Of a stretch of DNA of 64,000 nt, positions 35,205-43,376 are shown piece after piece. Both the position numbers and the translations under genes were made by a program. Origin of the DNA: Planctomycetota bacterium (GTDB lineage Bacteria; Planctomycetota; UBA8742; UBA2392); NCBI GenBank assembly GCA_025993795.1, contig JAMQHL010000020.1, forward strand, positions 12,471 to 76,470. The letters run 5' to 3'. The notes beneath the pieces are model-generated. The model searched no databases. It was not told the origin of the DNA and saw nothing but the letters and a program-made list of their open reading frames with translations. The first letter of the stretch is position 1; every line of letters starts with the position of its first letter.

Positions 35205-37100
35205 CTATTCCAGAACACCCACAAGCCACAGCGACCACTCGATCACCAGCAGTCCCAGCGCAAGCCACAGCAGCAGGCCGGGCAACCAGTCGCGCAGGTC
35301 AAACGGTGCGTCAGGCGGCCCGAAGGCGGCGGTTGGTATTGCCGCCACGCGAGTAAAGGGCAGCGTTTGCTCCATGGGGTCGCTCCAGATGATTGTGAAC
35401 GGTTCGCGATCGACCCAACCCACATGCAGGTTCCAGCGCCCCGGCTGCATCGGTGCTGTCCAGTTGACGATGCCATCCGGCCCGCGCACCAGGCGCGAAC
35501 CCGGACCGCGGTAAGCGCCTTTCCATGCAGCATCGGCCGTATCAGGCGAGATCGTGAAGAAATCCTTCACGTTTCCGCTTGCGTTCACCGCCACCGGCTC
35601 GCCGGCGGGTACCAGGGGCGGAATGCGCGGCTCTTCAAGTTTCTGCACGGCCTCAAGCCAGCGCAGGATCAGCAGCAGACCCGACCGGTCCTGTAGCAGC
35701 GTGCTTTCATGCGGTACGAACCCGCTGTACAGAATTTCTTGCGGAGTGCGCTGCACCCCCACCAGCACGCCGCCGTCAATGTGGCGTGTCAGGGCGCTCA
35801 AGCTTGTCCGGACCAGCGGCCTGGCCTCGCGGGCCGAAATCAGCGAGAGGTCGGGTACTTCAAAGCCCACGTCTGTCGCATCCACCGGGGCGCGCAGGTT
35901 CGGCTCGGCACGCACCGGGGCCCCCACGTCGCCGGCATCTCCGCCCACACCCAAGAGCATGACTGCACGGGCCTGGTACTTCTCCGGCAATACCCGGTCG
36001 GCAACCAGCAGGTCGGCGCTGACCTCGTCTGTGCCGGGTACGGGGTGCGTCGCCAATTCGCGCCCGGGCAAGAAGCTGCGCAGCGCCTGCAACAGAAACG
36101 GGTTGGCTTCGCCGTCTGTGGCCGGGTAGCAGACCGCCACGCCCCCGATGCGTGCCCGCGGGGCGAGAAACGAGACTTCATCGTCGTCTGGCAAAGCATC
36201 GCCGCCGTCGGTGCTGATGCGGACTCCGTTGGCGCCCGTGATCGGCGGCAGCTCAACGCGGCGACCGCGCAACTCAACCTGCGTGCCCACGCGCACAACC
36301 GGGTCGCGCCCGCTTAACGTGGCGGCCTCGACCACCCCGCCATGCGTGTCATTCGGCGCCGGCGGCGTATAGCGCGCGGCAATCAGCGCGTCATTGTCGG
36401 CGGGCCCGCCGAACGTCTCGTAGACCAGCGGCGTGCCGCCAAGGTCAAGCGCATTCCCGAATGCGGACAATTCCGGAGCCGGCTTGGGCTGCAATTCAAG
36501 CCGTTCATCGCCAAGCCAGATCACCAGCTTACGCGGCGCGGGGCGGTCGGGCATGCCCGGCGGCGGCGCCAGGGAATCCACGGCAGTTGCCAGCGCGCGC
36601 AGATCTGGACGCGCGAAGTCTGTGGGCGGGGGCGGGCCCGGCTCGGCACCTGTGGCGCGCCAGTCACCCAGCAGCGGCTGGCCGTGCTTGAAGTGGGCCA
36701 GCACGGCACGGTCGTTCTCGCCCATAGCCGCCAGTAGCTCGCGGGCACGCACCTGTGCCAGTTCGCGACGCGTAATTTCACCGTGCTTGGCCCGCATGCT
36801 GACACTGTTGTCCTGCACGATCACAAGCAACAGCGGCCCCGGCAGCTCGTCCGGAGGGCGCTGCAAGCCGGTTGCGAACAGCACAGTCGAGGCCAGCATG
36901 GTGGTCGCAATCAGCAGCGTCAGCACCGTGCGCAGCAGGCGCTTCCAGGCGGGCGGCAGCACGCGCGCCGCCACGCGGTCCCACAATGCCGCGTGAGTCA
37001 CGCGCTGCCGGCGATAGCGACGCGCCAACAGCCACGCGACGTAGAACACCGCCAGCAGCAGGAACAGCCACAACCATTGCTCGCGCGCGAACTCAAGCAT
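35205..37100 (-). CDS. BatA-like protein (aerotolerance-regulator N-terminal domain, VWA-like, C-terminal TM)
   Basis: The N-terminal pattern MLEFAREQWLWLFLLLAVFYVAWLLARRYRRQR is typical of the BatA_N domain. 631 aa with a C-terminal TM helix. Confidence 0.7.
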   Translation of the reverse strand: MLEFAREQWLWLFLLLAVFYVAWLLARRYRRQRVTHAALWDRVAARVLPPAWKRLLRTVLTLLIATTMLASTVLFATGLQRPPDELPGPLLLVIVQDNSVSMRAKHGEITRRELAQVRARELLAAMGENDRAVLAHFKHGQPLLGDWRATGAEPGPPPPTDFARPDLRALATAVDSLAPPPGMPDRPAPRKLVIWLGDERLELQPKPAPELSAFGNALDLGGTPLVYETFGGPADNDALIAARYTPPAPNDTHGGVVEAATLSGRDPVVRVGTQVELRGRRVELPPITGANGVRISTDGGDALPDDDEVSFLAPRARIGGVAVCYPATDGEANPFLLQALRSFLPGRELATHPVPGTDEVSADLLVADRVLPEKYQARAVMLLGVGGDAGDVGAPVRAEPNLRAPVDATDVGFEVPDLSLISAREARPLVRTSLSALTRHIDGGVLVGVQRTPQEILYSGFVPHESTLLQDRSGLLLILRWLEAVQKLEEPRIPPLVPAGEPVAVNASGNVKDFFTISPDTADAAWKGAYRGPGSRLVRGPDGIVNWTAPMQPGRWNLHVGWVDREPFTIIWSDPMEQTLPFTRVAAIPTAAFGPPDAPFDLRDWLPGLLLWLALGLLVIEWSLWLVGVLE

Positions 37101-37203
37101 CGAGGCATGCTAGCAGCGACACGCCCCATTGGCTCGCCGCCATTCGCTTGCGCGATTGTGTGAACCGGCCTGTCAGGCGGGAACGGCGATACACGTCGAA
37201 ACC

Positions 37204-37231
37204 GCGTTCCGGGTTCTGCGTTCCGGGTTCT
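37204..37231. repeat. Tandem 14-nt (2 x 7) repeat gcgttccgggttct x2
   Basis: Read directly from the sequence, in the divergent intergenic region between the batA-like gene and ORF 37451. Confidence 0.85.
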
Positions 37232-37347
37232 GGGCACGAGGTGACAGATTGTTCTGCCCCACCACATTCGCGGGCGACGCTGGCGTCGCCCCGACCTGCG
37301 AATTCTGAAAATTCTTTCGCGCGCGCAAGTCGCTTTGTCGGCTGCAC

Positions 37348-37382
37348 TTCCTGCTTCCTGCGGCCTGCGTCCTGCCTCCCGC
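37348..37382. repeat. Degenerate heptamer tandem repeat (YYCCTGC x5), related to the CCTCCTG arm at 14592-14623
   Basis: Reads ttcctgc ttcctgc ggcctgc gtcctgc ctcccgc. No inverted partner arm is recognised nearby. Confidence 0.75.
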
Positions 37383-37450
37383 CACGAGAATCCTGTGTCC
37401 GCGGGTTCCTGGGGTTAAGGGGCAAGCATTGACCCCGGAGAACCCGAACC

Positions 37451-38311
37451 ATGGACCCAACCATCGACACCATCATCCGCGACCTGCTGCACGACCTCGA
37501 CGCCGCAAGCCTCGACGACTCCGTCGAAGCCGCCCGCGCGCCGCAACTTCTTGCCAAGCGCGAATCCGACGCCGCGCGGGCTGCCTACGACGCGGGCAAG
37601 ACACCGCCCGCATTCCGGGTCAGCGACAAAGTGGTCCTCAGCGCGATGGGCCGTGAGTGGATGTTTCGCGACCTGCGCTTGCACATCACAATGTTGACGC
37701 GTCAAATCACGAACACGCTGCTGGGCGACAAGTCGCCGTATAAGGACGACGTGTTGCTCAAGCTGATGGGCGACGTGAACCACATGCATCGCATCATGGA
37801 AATCCGCAACGCGATCGCCGACTTTGCGCAACCCGAGCGCATGCGCCTTCGTAAGGCAGCTCTGACAAGCAGACCCAAGCCCTCCGGCACCGCCATGCAG
37901 CGGCCGCAGTCGCCGCGGGGCGCGAGCACATATCGCGATCTTCGCCGGCACCAGGAAATGATGGGTGAATCGGTGAAGCACTGGCCGCCGGAACAGCCTG
38001 CGCCCGAGCCTGCGCCCGAGCCAGCGGCCGAGCCTTCGGTCGCGACGCAACCGAAGTACGTAGACGGCGCGACTGCCGCTGCCTACGAAGCCGAACACGA
38101 TGCATGGTTGCGCGACTTCAAGCATTGGGGCGAGAGCGGCCGCAAAGGCCCCGCGCCGAAGTTTCCGCTGCGCGTGCTGGAGTCCATGCGGATTACCGCG
38201 AAACACGAACCCCGCACCGCACTGGTCGTGCGCGACCTGGAGGAAAGACTGAAACGGTATGACGCCATGCCGCAGAGCCCGGAGGTCTCTGCCCCCGGCG
38301 CGGTCGGCTGA
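37451..38311 (+). CDS. Hypothetical protein (286 aa) with a PAPEPAPEPAAEP linker
   Basis: Strong GC3 bias and normal amino-acid composition, whereas the overlapping antisense ORF 37415-38362 is Arg-rich junk. No family recognised. Confidence 0.6.
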   Translation: MDPTIDTIIRDLLHDLDAASLDDSVEAARAPQLLAKRESDAARAAYDAGKTPPAFRVSDKVVLSAMGREWMFRDLRLHITMLTRQITNTLLGDKSPYKDDVLLKLMGDVNHMHRIMEIRNAIADFAQPERMRLRKAALTSRPKPSGTAMQRPQSPRGASTYRDLRRHQEMMGESVKHWPPEQPAPEPAPEPAAEPSVATQPKYVDGATAAAYEAEHDAWLRDFKHWGESGRKGPAPKFPLRVLESMRITAKHEPRTALVVRDLEERLKRYDAMPQSPEVSAPGAVG

Positions 38312-38317
38312 GCAATG

Positions 38318-38338
38318 GCACGGGTGCCCCACCCGTGC
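38318..38338. terminator. Hairpin between convergent genes (9-bp stem, no clear T-tract)
   Basis: gcacgggtg ccc cacccgtgc, located 7 nt after the stop of ORF 37451-38311. Confidence 0.4.
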
Positions 38339-38433
38339 GCGCCGGCCAGTTGCCTGCACCACTCACTCCGCATGCGGAGCGCGTGGCAATTTAAAGATGG
38401 CGCAGAGAACTGAATCGCCATTCGCGGTGCTCG

Positions 38434-39312
38434 CTAGCCCTTTACGATGCCGGTGCGCATCAGGTCTACCATCAGGGGCTCGATTGGGTCGGCGCTGTCG
38501 ATCTCTATCAGCCCGGCGCCCAGCGCGGTGACTGCCCGCCGTGTGCCCTCGCGCCAGGCCGCGAGTTCTTCGCGGTACGCTTCAAGCACGCGTTCATCGA
38601 CACGCAGCTTCACGTCGTGCGCGCCTACCGGCTGCAAGCGCGTAAAGCCTTTCAGCGCCGGATTCACTTCTTCGGCTGCGTGTACGCAGATCGCCACTGC
38701 GCGCGCGCCGGCGCGCCGGGCGTCGCTGAGCAGGCTGAGCGAGGCTTCGCGGTTCTGGAAGTCGCCCGCCAGCACCAGCACGCTGTCGCGGCCTCGTGTC
38801 TCAAACAGTCCCCGGGCCGCGGGCTTGAACGCAGCTTCTGACACCTGCATCGCAGAGAATACCTGCAACAGGCGGGCTTCCCCGGTGCCGTCGAACACTT
38901 CGGGCTTGGCGTCGGACAGGCGGCAGGCAAGCACGCGCTCTGCCCCGGATAGGGCAACCAGGCCAACGGCAGCCAGCGCCCGGCGTGCCGCCAGCCACTT
39001 GTCGTGCGCGCCGAAGCGCATGGTCGCGGAATCGTCGGCGACCAGCAGCACGCGCAACTGCCCGGGCAACTCGAAGAGCTTCAGGAACATCTGGCCAAGC
39101 CGGCCGTACACATTCCAGTCCACGCGCCGCAGGTCGTCGCCGTGCACGTATGCGCGGTGTGCGCCGAACTCCTGCCCCGCGCCGAATTGCCGTGAAAGCC
39201 GCTCGCCACGCGCACCGCCGCGCTGCACACGGCCCGCGGCAAGCCGCAGGTTGCGAATGCGGGCAAGGGTCGCGTCATCGAAAAGTGGCTCAGGCATTGG
39301 ATTGCAGGGCAA
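38434..39312 (-). CDS. DUF58 domain protein (MoxR/BatA-system associated)
   Basis: GAGQEFGAHRAYVHGDDLRRVDWNVYGRLGQMFLKLF is the DUF58 signature. Confidence 0.85.
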   Translation of the reverse strand: MPCNPMPEPLFDDATLARIRNLRLAAGRVQRGGARGERLSRQFGAGQEFGAHRAYVHGDDLRRVDWNVYGRLGQMFLKLFELPGQLRVLLVADDSATMRFGAHDKWLAARRALAAVGLVALSGAERVLACRLSDAKPEVFDGTGEARLLQVFSAMQVSEAAFKPAARGLFETRGRDSVLVLAGDFQNREASLSLLSDARRAGARAVAICVHAAEEVNPALKGFTRLQPVGAHDVKLRVDERVLEAYREELAAWREGTRRAVTALGAGLIEIDSADPIEPLMVDLMRTGIVKG

Positions 39313-39331
39313 CGAGAGGTTTCTTGTCCTG

Positions 39332-39700
39332 TCAGCTTCCCCTGTCCCTCTTCAGTTTGTCGATTTCGGCAATTCGCTTGCGCGCGCTCAGCGCCTGCAT
39401 GATCACGAAAAGCAGCAACACGGCCCACACCGCGCCGTTGGCGATCCACAGGCTGGTCAGCGAGGCGGCATAGCTGTCACGCTCCTGGGCCAGGCGCTTC
39501 TCCATCTCGGCGCGGTACTCAGCTTCGAGCTGCTTGCGCAACTCGGTTTCGCTTGCCGGCGGAACGACCGGCCCGCGCTCAACGGGCGGGCTGTCCCCCA
39601 ACGGCTTGAGCGATTCGGACTTGCTGTCGGCAACTACAGCCCCGCACAGAAGCACCAGCGTGCACAGGACTGCCAACCATGTTCCCAAAGCCTGCCTCAC
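39332..39700 (-). CDS. Membrane protein with a CcmD-like C-terminal TM segment (122 aa)
   Basis: GTG start overlaps the ccmC stop as GTGA (39697-39700). It has an N-terminal signal/TM, a coiled-coil-like middle, and a C-terminal LWIANGAVWAVLLLFVIMQALSARKRIAEIDKLKR that resembles CcmD. The track ORF extension to 40156 overlaps ccmC and is rejected. Confidence 0.4.
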   Translation of the reverse strand: MRQALGTWLAVLCTLVLLCGAVVADSKSESLKPLGDSPPVERGPVVPPASETELRKQLEAEYRAEMEKRLAQERDSYAASLTSLWIANGAVWAVLLLFVIMQALSARKRIAEIDKLKRDRGS

Positions 39701-40437
39701 GCCGCTCTCTCCTGCGCCATGCGCTGCCCCAGCCGGTTCCAGCAATAGCGCAGAGCCACAAGGCTTACCAGCGCCAGCATAACGCCGATGGTCGCCACCT
39801 GTTTTGTCGTCGCGATTTCCGGCGCGCTCAGCAGATCGCTGAAACTCCTGGGGTGGCTGGTCTGCCCGATCTCGATGGCTTTGCTGACAAGCGGATACAG
39901 CGGGCCAAGCAGTATGCCGTAGACGGCCGTCATCATCGCGCGCTGCTTGTCGGTGTCCATGGCACGGCGTAACACCAGAAGCGCCGCAAAGGCCAGCCAC
40001 AGGATCAACATCGTGGTAAGGCGCGGCTCCCAGTTCCAGCCGCTGCCGATGCGCCCGCTGCCCCATGCATAGTCGGCCCAGAAGGTGCCGGTCAGCAGGA
40101 CAATTGCGCCGGTTGCAAGGCCGACTTCCGATGCACTGACAATCAGCGCCTGCCACGCGTCTTTACGCGTCAACAGCCATGCGATTCCACCAACCGCAGC
40201 GAGCGTGCAGCACAGTGCGGTTGTGTATGCCGCCGGCAGGTGGATGAAGAATATGCGATAGCTTTCATACAGGTTGATCGTGCTGCCGCTGTCGGGCGTG
40301 ACCACATACAGCGTGCCCGCCGAGATCTGGACCGGCGTGTAGAAGTACGACAGATACAGCGTGATCTCGACGCCAATCAGGCCCAGGGCCGAAAGGGCCA
40401 GCGTGATAAGCGGAGCGTTGGAGGTTCCTGGGGTCAT
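39697..40437 (-). CDS. ccmC: Heme exporter protein CcmC
   Basis: Trp-rich motif FWADYAWGS...GWNWEPRLTT with a multi-TM profile. I use ATG 40437 (MTPGTSNAPLITL...). Confidence 0.85.
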   Translation of the reverse strand: MTPGTSNAPLITLALSALGLIGVEITLYLSYFYTPVQISAGTLYVVTPDSGSTINLYESYRIFFIHLPAAYTTALCCTLAAVGGIAWLLTRKDAWQALIVSASEVGLATGAIVLLTGTFWADYAWGSGRIGSGWNWEPRLTTMLILWLAFAALLVLRRAMDTDKQRAMMTAVYGILLGPLYPLVSKAIEIGQTSHPRSFSDLLSAPEIATTKQVATIGVMLALVSLVALRYCWNRLGQRMAQERAA

Positions 40438-40451
40438 GGGTCTTGGCCGGC

Positions 40452-41150
40452 CTATCCCTCGTTCAACTTGCCAAACAGCAGAAGGCCCAGCGCCAGAAAC
40501 ATAGCGTCGCACACGCCCAGCAACAACACATAGGGCCAGGCCTCTGCGGCGCCACTGCCCGTGTGCAGCGCCTCAGTCGCACCGGTCGCAGCCAGAAACA
40601 CCGGGACCGTGACCGGCAGCAGCGCAATCGTCAGCAAGGCCTCGCCGCCGCGCAGGCGCCCCGTGGCCGATGCCAGCAGCACACCCAGCGCCAGAATGCC
40701 AACGTCGGCCATCAGCACCACGGCAAGCATCAGTGGTTGCGAGAAGAAGTCAAACTTCAGCATCGGCACAGCCAGCAGCACCAACAGGGCCTGCGTGATC
40801 ACCAGCCACACCAGCGTTGAGGCCAGCCGCACCAGGTAGACCAGGGCGGGGTCAAAGGGAAGCAGCATCAGCGCCGAAAAGAAGTTCTTGTTGCGGTCAG
40901 CCGCGGCCGCGCGGTTCAGCCCGACGACAGCGGCAAACCATGTGCACACCCACAGTGCAGCCAGCACGAAGCGCCGGAAGGTTTCATCGAGCGCCAACCC
41001 CTTAACGCCCAGGCCGAAGATCACAACACACAGCATCGCAAACAGGCCCATGCTGGTGATGAGCGTTTTCGTGCGCAGCTCGACGGTGAACTCGCGGCGG
41101 AGAAGGGCGACGAACGCGGGCAGGGCGGCAGGACGGGCAGTCTCGGTCAC
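40452..41150 (-). CDS. ccmB: Heme exporter protein CcmB
   Basis: FVALLRREFTVELRTKTLITSMGLF aligns with the CcmB N-terminus, with a multi-TM profile. The start is uncertain: I use GTG 41150, because the track start TTG 41207 reads through the heptamer repeat. Confidence 0.75.
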   Translation of the reverse strand: MTETARPAALPAFVALLRREFTVELRTKTLITSMGLFAMLCVVIFGLGVKGLALDETFRRFVLAALWVCTWFAAVVGLNRAAAADRNKNFFSALMLLPFDPALVYLVRLASTLVWLVITQALLVLLAVPMLKFDFFSQPLMLAVVLMADVGILALGVLLASATGRLRGGEALLTIALLPVTVPVFLAATGATEALHTGSGAAEAWPYVLLLGVCDAMFLALGLLLFGKLNEG

Positions 41151-41179
41151 AACACCACCGCAGGTCTCGGGGACCGCAG

Positions 41180-41256
41180 TGACCAATGACCAATGACCAA
41201 TGACCAATGGGACTTCGCCAGGTGCTCACTGGTAACTGGTATCTGGATCTTGGTCA
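41180..41256. repeat. Inverted pair of heptamer tandem repeats with no cargo gene: (TGACCAA)x4, 21-nt spacer, degenerate (YTGGTMW)x4
   Basis: 41180-41207 is tgaccaa x4, perfect. 41229-41256 is ctggtaa ctggtat ctggatc ttggtca, which is degenerate TTGGTCA units in the opposite orientation. Confidence 0.85.
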
Positions 41257-41289
41257 TTTGCTGCTCAACCAGCGATCAAGTCGCGTCGT

Positions 41290-42645
41290 TTATTCGTCCA
41301 GCAGGCCGTACTGCTTTCGTTTCTCCCACAGGTTCTTGCGGCTGATGCCGAGAATCTGGGCAGCTTCTTCAATCCTGCCGTCGGTCAATTTCAGCACATT
41401 GGTGATGTGGGCAGTCTCAGCGGCGGCGACCACGTCCTTGAGCATGCGGCGGTCGTCGCCCGGTGTCGCTGCGCCCTGGGGCAGCTCGGCTGTGTAATCA
41501 CGCAGGAAGTGCTCTTTTTTCAGCACACCGCCCGCTTTTCCGAACGCGATCGCGCGCTGCACGCTGTGTTGAAGTTCGCGCACGTTGCCCGGCCAGGGGT
41601 AGACCACCAGGGCTGTCATCGCCTCGGGATCGACCTTCAACTCGCGATCGGGGCAGTAGCGCTTGATGAAATGCTCGACAAGGATCGGGATGTCGCCCTC
41701 GCGCTGTCGCAGCGGCGGCACGTGCAGGTCAATCACATTCAGACGGTGGTAAAGGTCGCGGCGGAAGTCGCCGGTCTCAACGCGCTTGAGCAGGTCAACC
41801 TTGGTGCTGGCGATGACGCGGATGTTGACCTTGATTGGCTTGTCAGCGCCGAGGCGCTCAATTTCGCGCTCCTGCAGCACGCGCAGCAGCTTGGCCTGGG
41901 TATCGACGGGCATGTCGTCGATGTCGTCAAGGTAGATGGTGCCGCCGTCGGCTTGCTCAAAACGGCCAATGCGCCGCGAGGTGGCGCCGGTGTAAGCTCC
42001 GGTCTCATGGCCGAAAAGCTCGTCTTCCAGCAGGTTGACGTTGCTGACGTGGCACGCCACCTTGATCAGCGGGCCCTTCGCGCGCGCACTGTACTGGTGC
42101 AGCACAGTCGCGATCACTTCTTTGCCCGTGCCGTTCTCTCCCTGCACCAGCACGCTGAAGTCGCTTTCTGCAACCGTCTTGATGTCCTCATACAACCGCT
42201 TCATCTGCGGGCTGCTGCCCACCATCTGGTCAATCTTGAACTCGGTTCTGACTTCCTGGACAAGCTGTTCGTACTTGCGGCCGGTGGTCTGGCCTTCGCC
42301 ATAGTTGTTGACCAGCAGCACCACGCGTTCGTTGTTGAACGGCTTTTCGATTACATCCTTGGCGCCCAGCCGCACCGCTTCCATGGCGCGGTCCACGGTT
42401 GCGTTGCCGGTGATCATGATAGCGATGACGTCGGGTACCTGCTCGCGCGCGAAACGCAGCAGGCTGATGCCGTCCACCTTGGGCATGACCAGGTCAGTGA
42501 TCATGCAGTCAAAGCGGGCCTTCTTGAGTTCGCGAATCGCCTGCTCGCCGTCTTCAACGGCAACGACCTCGTGTCCTGCGTCTTCCAGGTCTTCGGCAAG
42601 CGTCAGGCGGATGCCGCGTTCATCGTCAGCCAGCAATATGCGCAT
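41290..42645 (-). CDS. Sigma-54-dependent response regulator (NtrC family)
   Basis: Receiver domain (MRILLADDE...DCMITDLVMPKVDG), AAA+ sigma-54 activator domain (GENGTGKE, GAYTGA variant of the GAFTGA loop), and a C-terminal Fis-type HTH. I use ATG 42645. Confidence 0.9.
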   Translation of the reverse strand: MRILLADDERGIRLTLAEDLEDAGHEVVAVEDGEQAIRELKKARFDCMITDLVMPKVDGISLLRFAREQVPDVIAIMITGNATVDRAMEAVRLGAKDVIEKPFNNERVVLLVNNYGEGQTTGRKYEQLVQEVRTEFKIDQMVGSSPQMKRLYEDIKTVAESDFSVLVQGENGTGKEVIATVLHQYSARAKGPLIKVACHVSNVNLLEDELFGHETGAYTGATSRRIGRFEQADGGTIYLDDIDDMPVDTQAKLLRVLQEREIERLGADKPIKVNIRVIASTKVDLLKRVETGDFRRDLYHRLNVIDLHVPPLRQREGDIPILVEHFIKRYCPDRELKVDPEAMTALVVYPWPGNVRELQHSVQRAIAFGKAGGVLKKEHFLRDYTAELPQGAATPGDDRRMLKDVVAAAETAHITNVLKLTDGRIEEAAQILGISRKNLWEKRKQYGLLDE

Positions 42646-42785
42646 GTGTAGCGTCCGTGGTTTCCTGTCCCCGGTGCAGGGTCGAGTCGCCTCATTATCA
42701 ATGGCATTGCGGATAACGCGAGGGGCAAACCCGCGCCACGACAATCAGACGGCGCGCAGGGTCAGAGCTCCGCCGGCCCGCCCGC

Positions 42786-43271
42786 CTATGGGTAGAACTT
42801 GAACAACCACTTGCCGCCATGCAGCACAATCTCAAGCGAACGCGTCGTGCCAGAGTGGTTCTGCCGCGGCTCTTTGATTGTCATCGTGGCTTCTACGATG
42901 AACCTGCCGTCCTTTTCGACAATCGGCTTGGTCTCGACCAGCCACTCACCCTTGGCGTCACGGATCTTCTTGAAGCCGCCGGTGAAACGTTCTTCCGCGA
43001 GCTTCTTGTGGTCGGGGTGAAACAGGTCCAGCACGGCTTTCTCGTTCAGGTCGCGAAACGCCTTGACCAGCGCCGCAACCTGCGTATCGCGCTTGCCGCT
43101 GTCGCTGGCGCCTGCGGGATCGTTTGTGCCGGAGTGTGAATTGCCGGCCGGGGCTTCATTGGACGACGCACCTGAGCCGGAGTTGCCGCCTGCACCACCA
43201 CCGCCGCCGTTGGCACCACAACCCGCAAGCAGAAGTAGAACAAGGCAAAGCGTAGCGGCATGTCGTTTCAT
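42786..43271 (-). CDS. Lipoprotein with Gly/Ser-rich linker and small alpha+beta domain (paralog B)
   Basis: Signal peptide with lipobox LLAGC, then a G/S/N-rich linker. The C-terminal domain is similar to that of 43377-43838. Confidence 0.7.
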   Translation of the reverse strand: MKRHAATLCLVLLLLAGCGANGGGGGAGGNSGSGASSNEAPAGNSHSGTNDPAGASDSGKRDTQVAALVKAFRDLNEKAVLDLFHPDHKKLAEERFTGGFKKIRDAKGEWLVETKPIVEKDGRFIVEATMTIKEPRQNHSGTTRSLEIVLHGGKWLFKFYP

Positions 43272-43325
43272 GGAACTGGCCTCCAGCGTTTGAATCAGCG
43301 CCAGCATAGCCAGTCGGCCAGCCAA

Positions 43326-43360
43326 GGCAAAACAATCGGGACCGGCTTCGCGCCGGTCCC
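43326..43360 (-). terminator. Rho-independent terminator after lipoprotein paralog A
   Basis: 9-bp stem gggaccggc / gccggtccc (43338-43360) with a 5-nt loop, followed on the minus strand by GATTGTTTTG. Confidence 0.6.
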
Positions 43361-43376
43361 GTATGAGTCTGCGCTG

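Noticed and set aside
37233-37347. Possible decayed four-helix-bundle gene remnant between the two heptamer repeats. The minus-strand frame reads ...KNFQNSQVGATPASPANVV..., faintly like the family N-terminus F.DL.VW.
   Set aside because: Similarity is too weak and too short to support. It is recorded only as context for the repeat finding.
37975-38030. PAPEPAPEPAAEP-encoding repeat, considered as a nucleotide-level tandem repeat element.
   Set aside because: It lies inside a well-behaved ORF and is best explained as a Pro/Glu linker.
39701-40156. Upstream 152 codons of track ORF 39332-40156.
   Set aside because: This part overlaps ccmC in another frame and has junk-like composition. Only the part downstream of the GTGA junction looks like a real membrane protein.
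41180-41207. (TGACCAA)x4 considered as a CRISPR-like or microsatellite phase-variation tract inside ccmB.
   Set aside because: The units are contiguous 7-mers with no spacers, so this is not CRISPR. The tract most likely lies upstream of the true ccmB start. Seven is not a multiple of three, but no evidence places it in real coding sequence.
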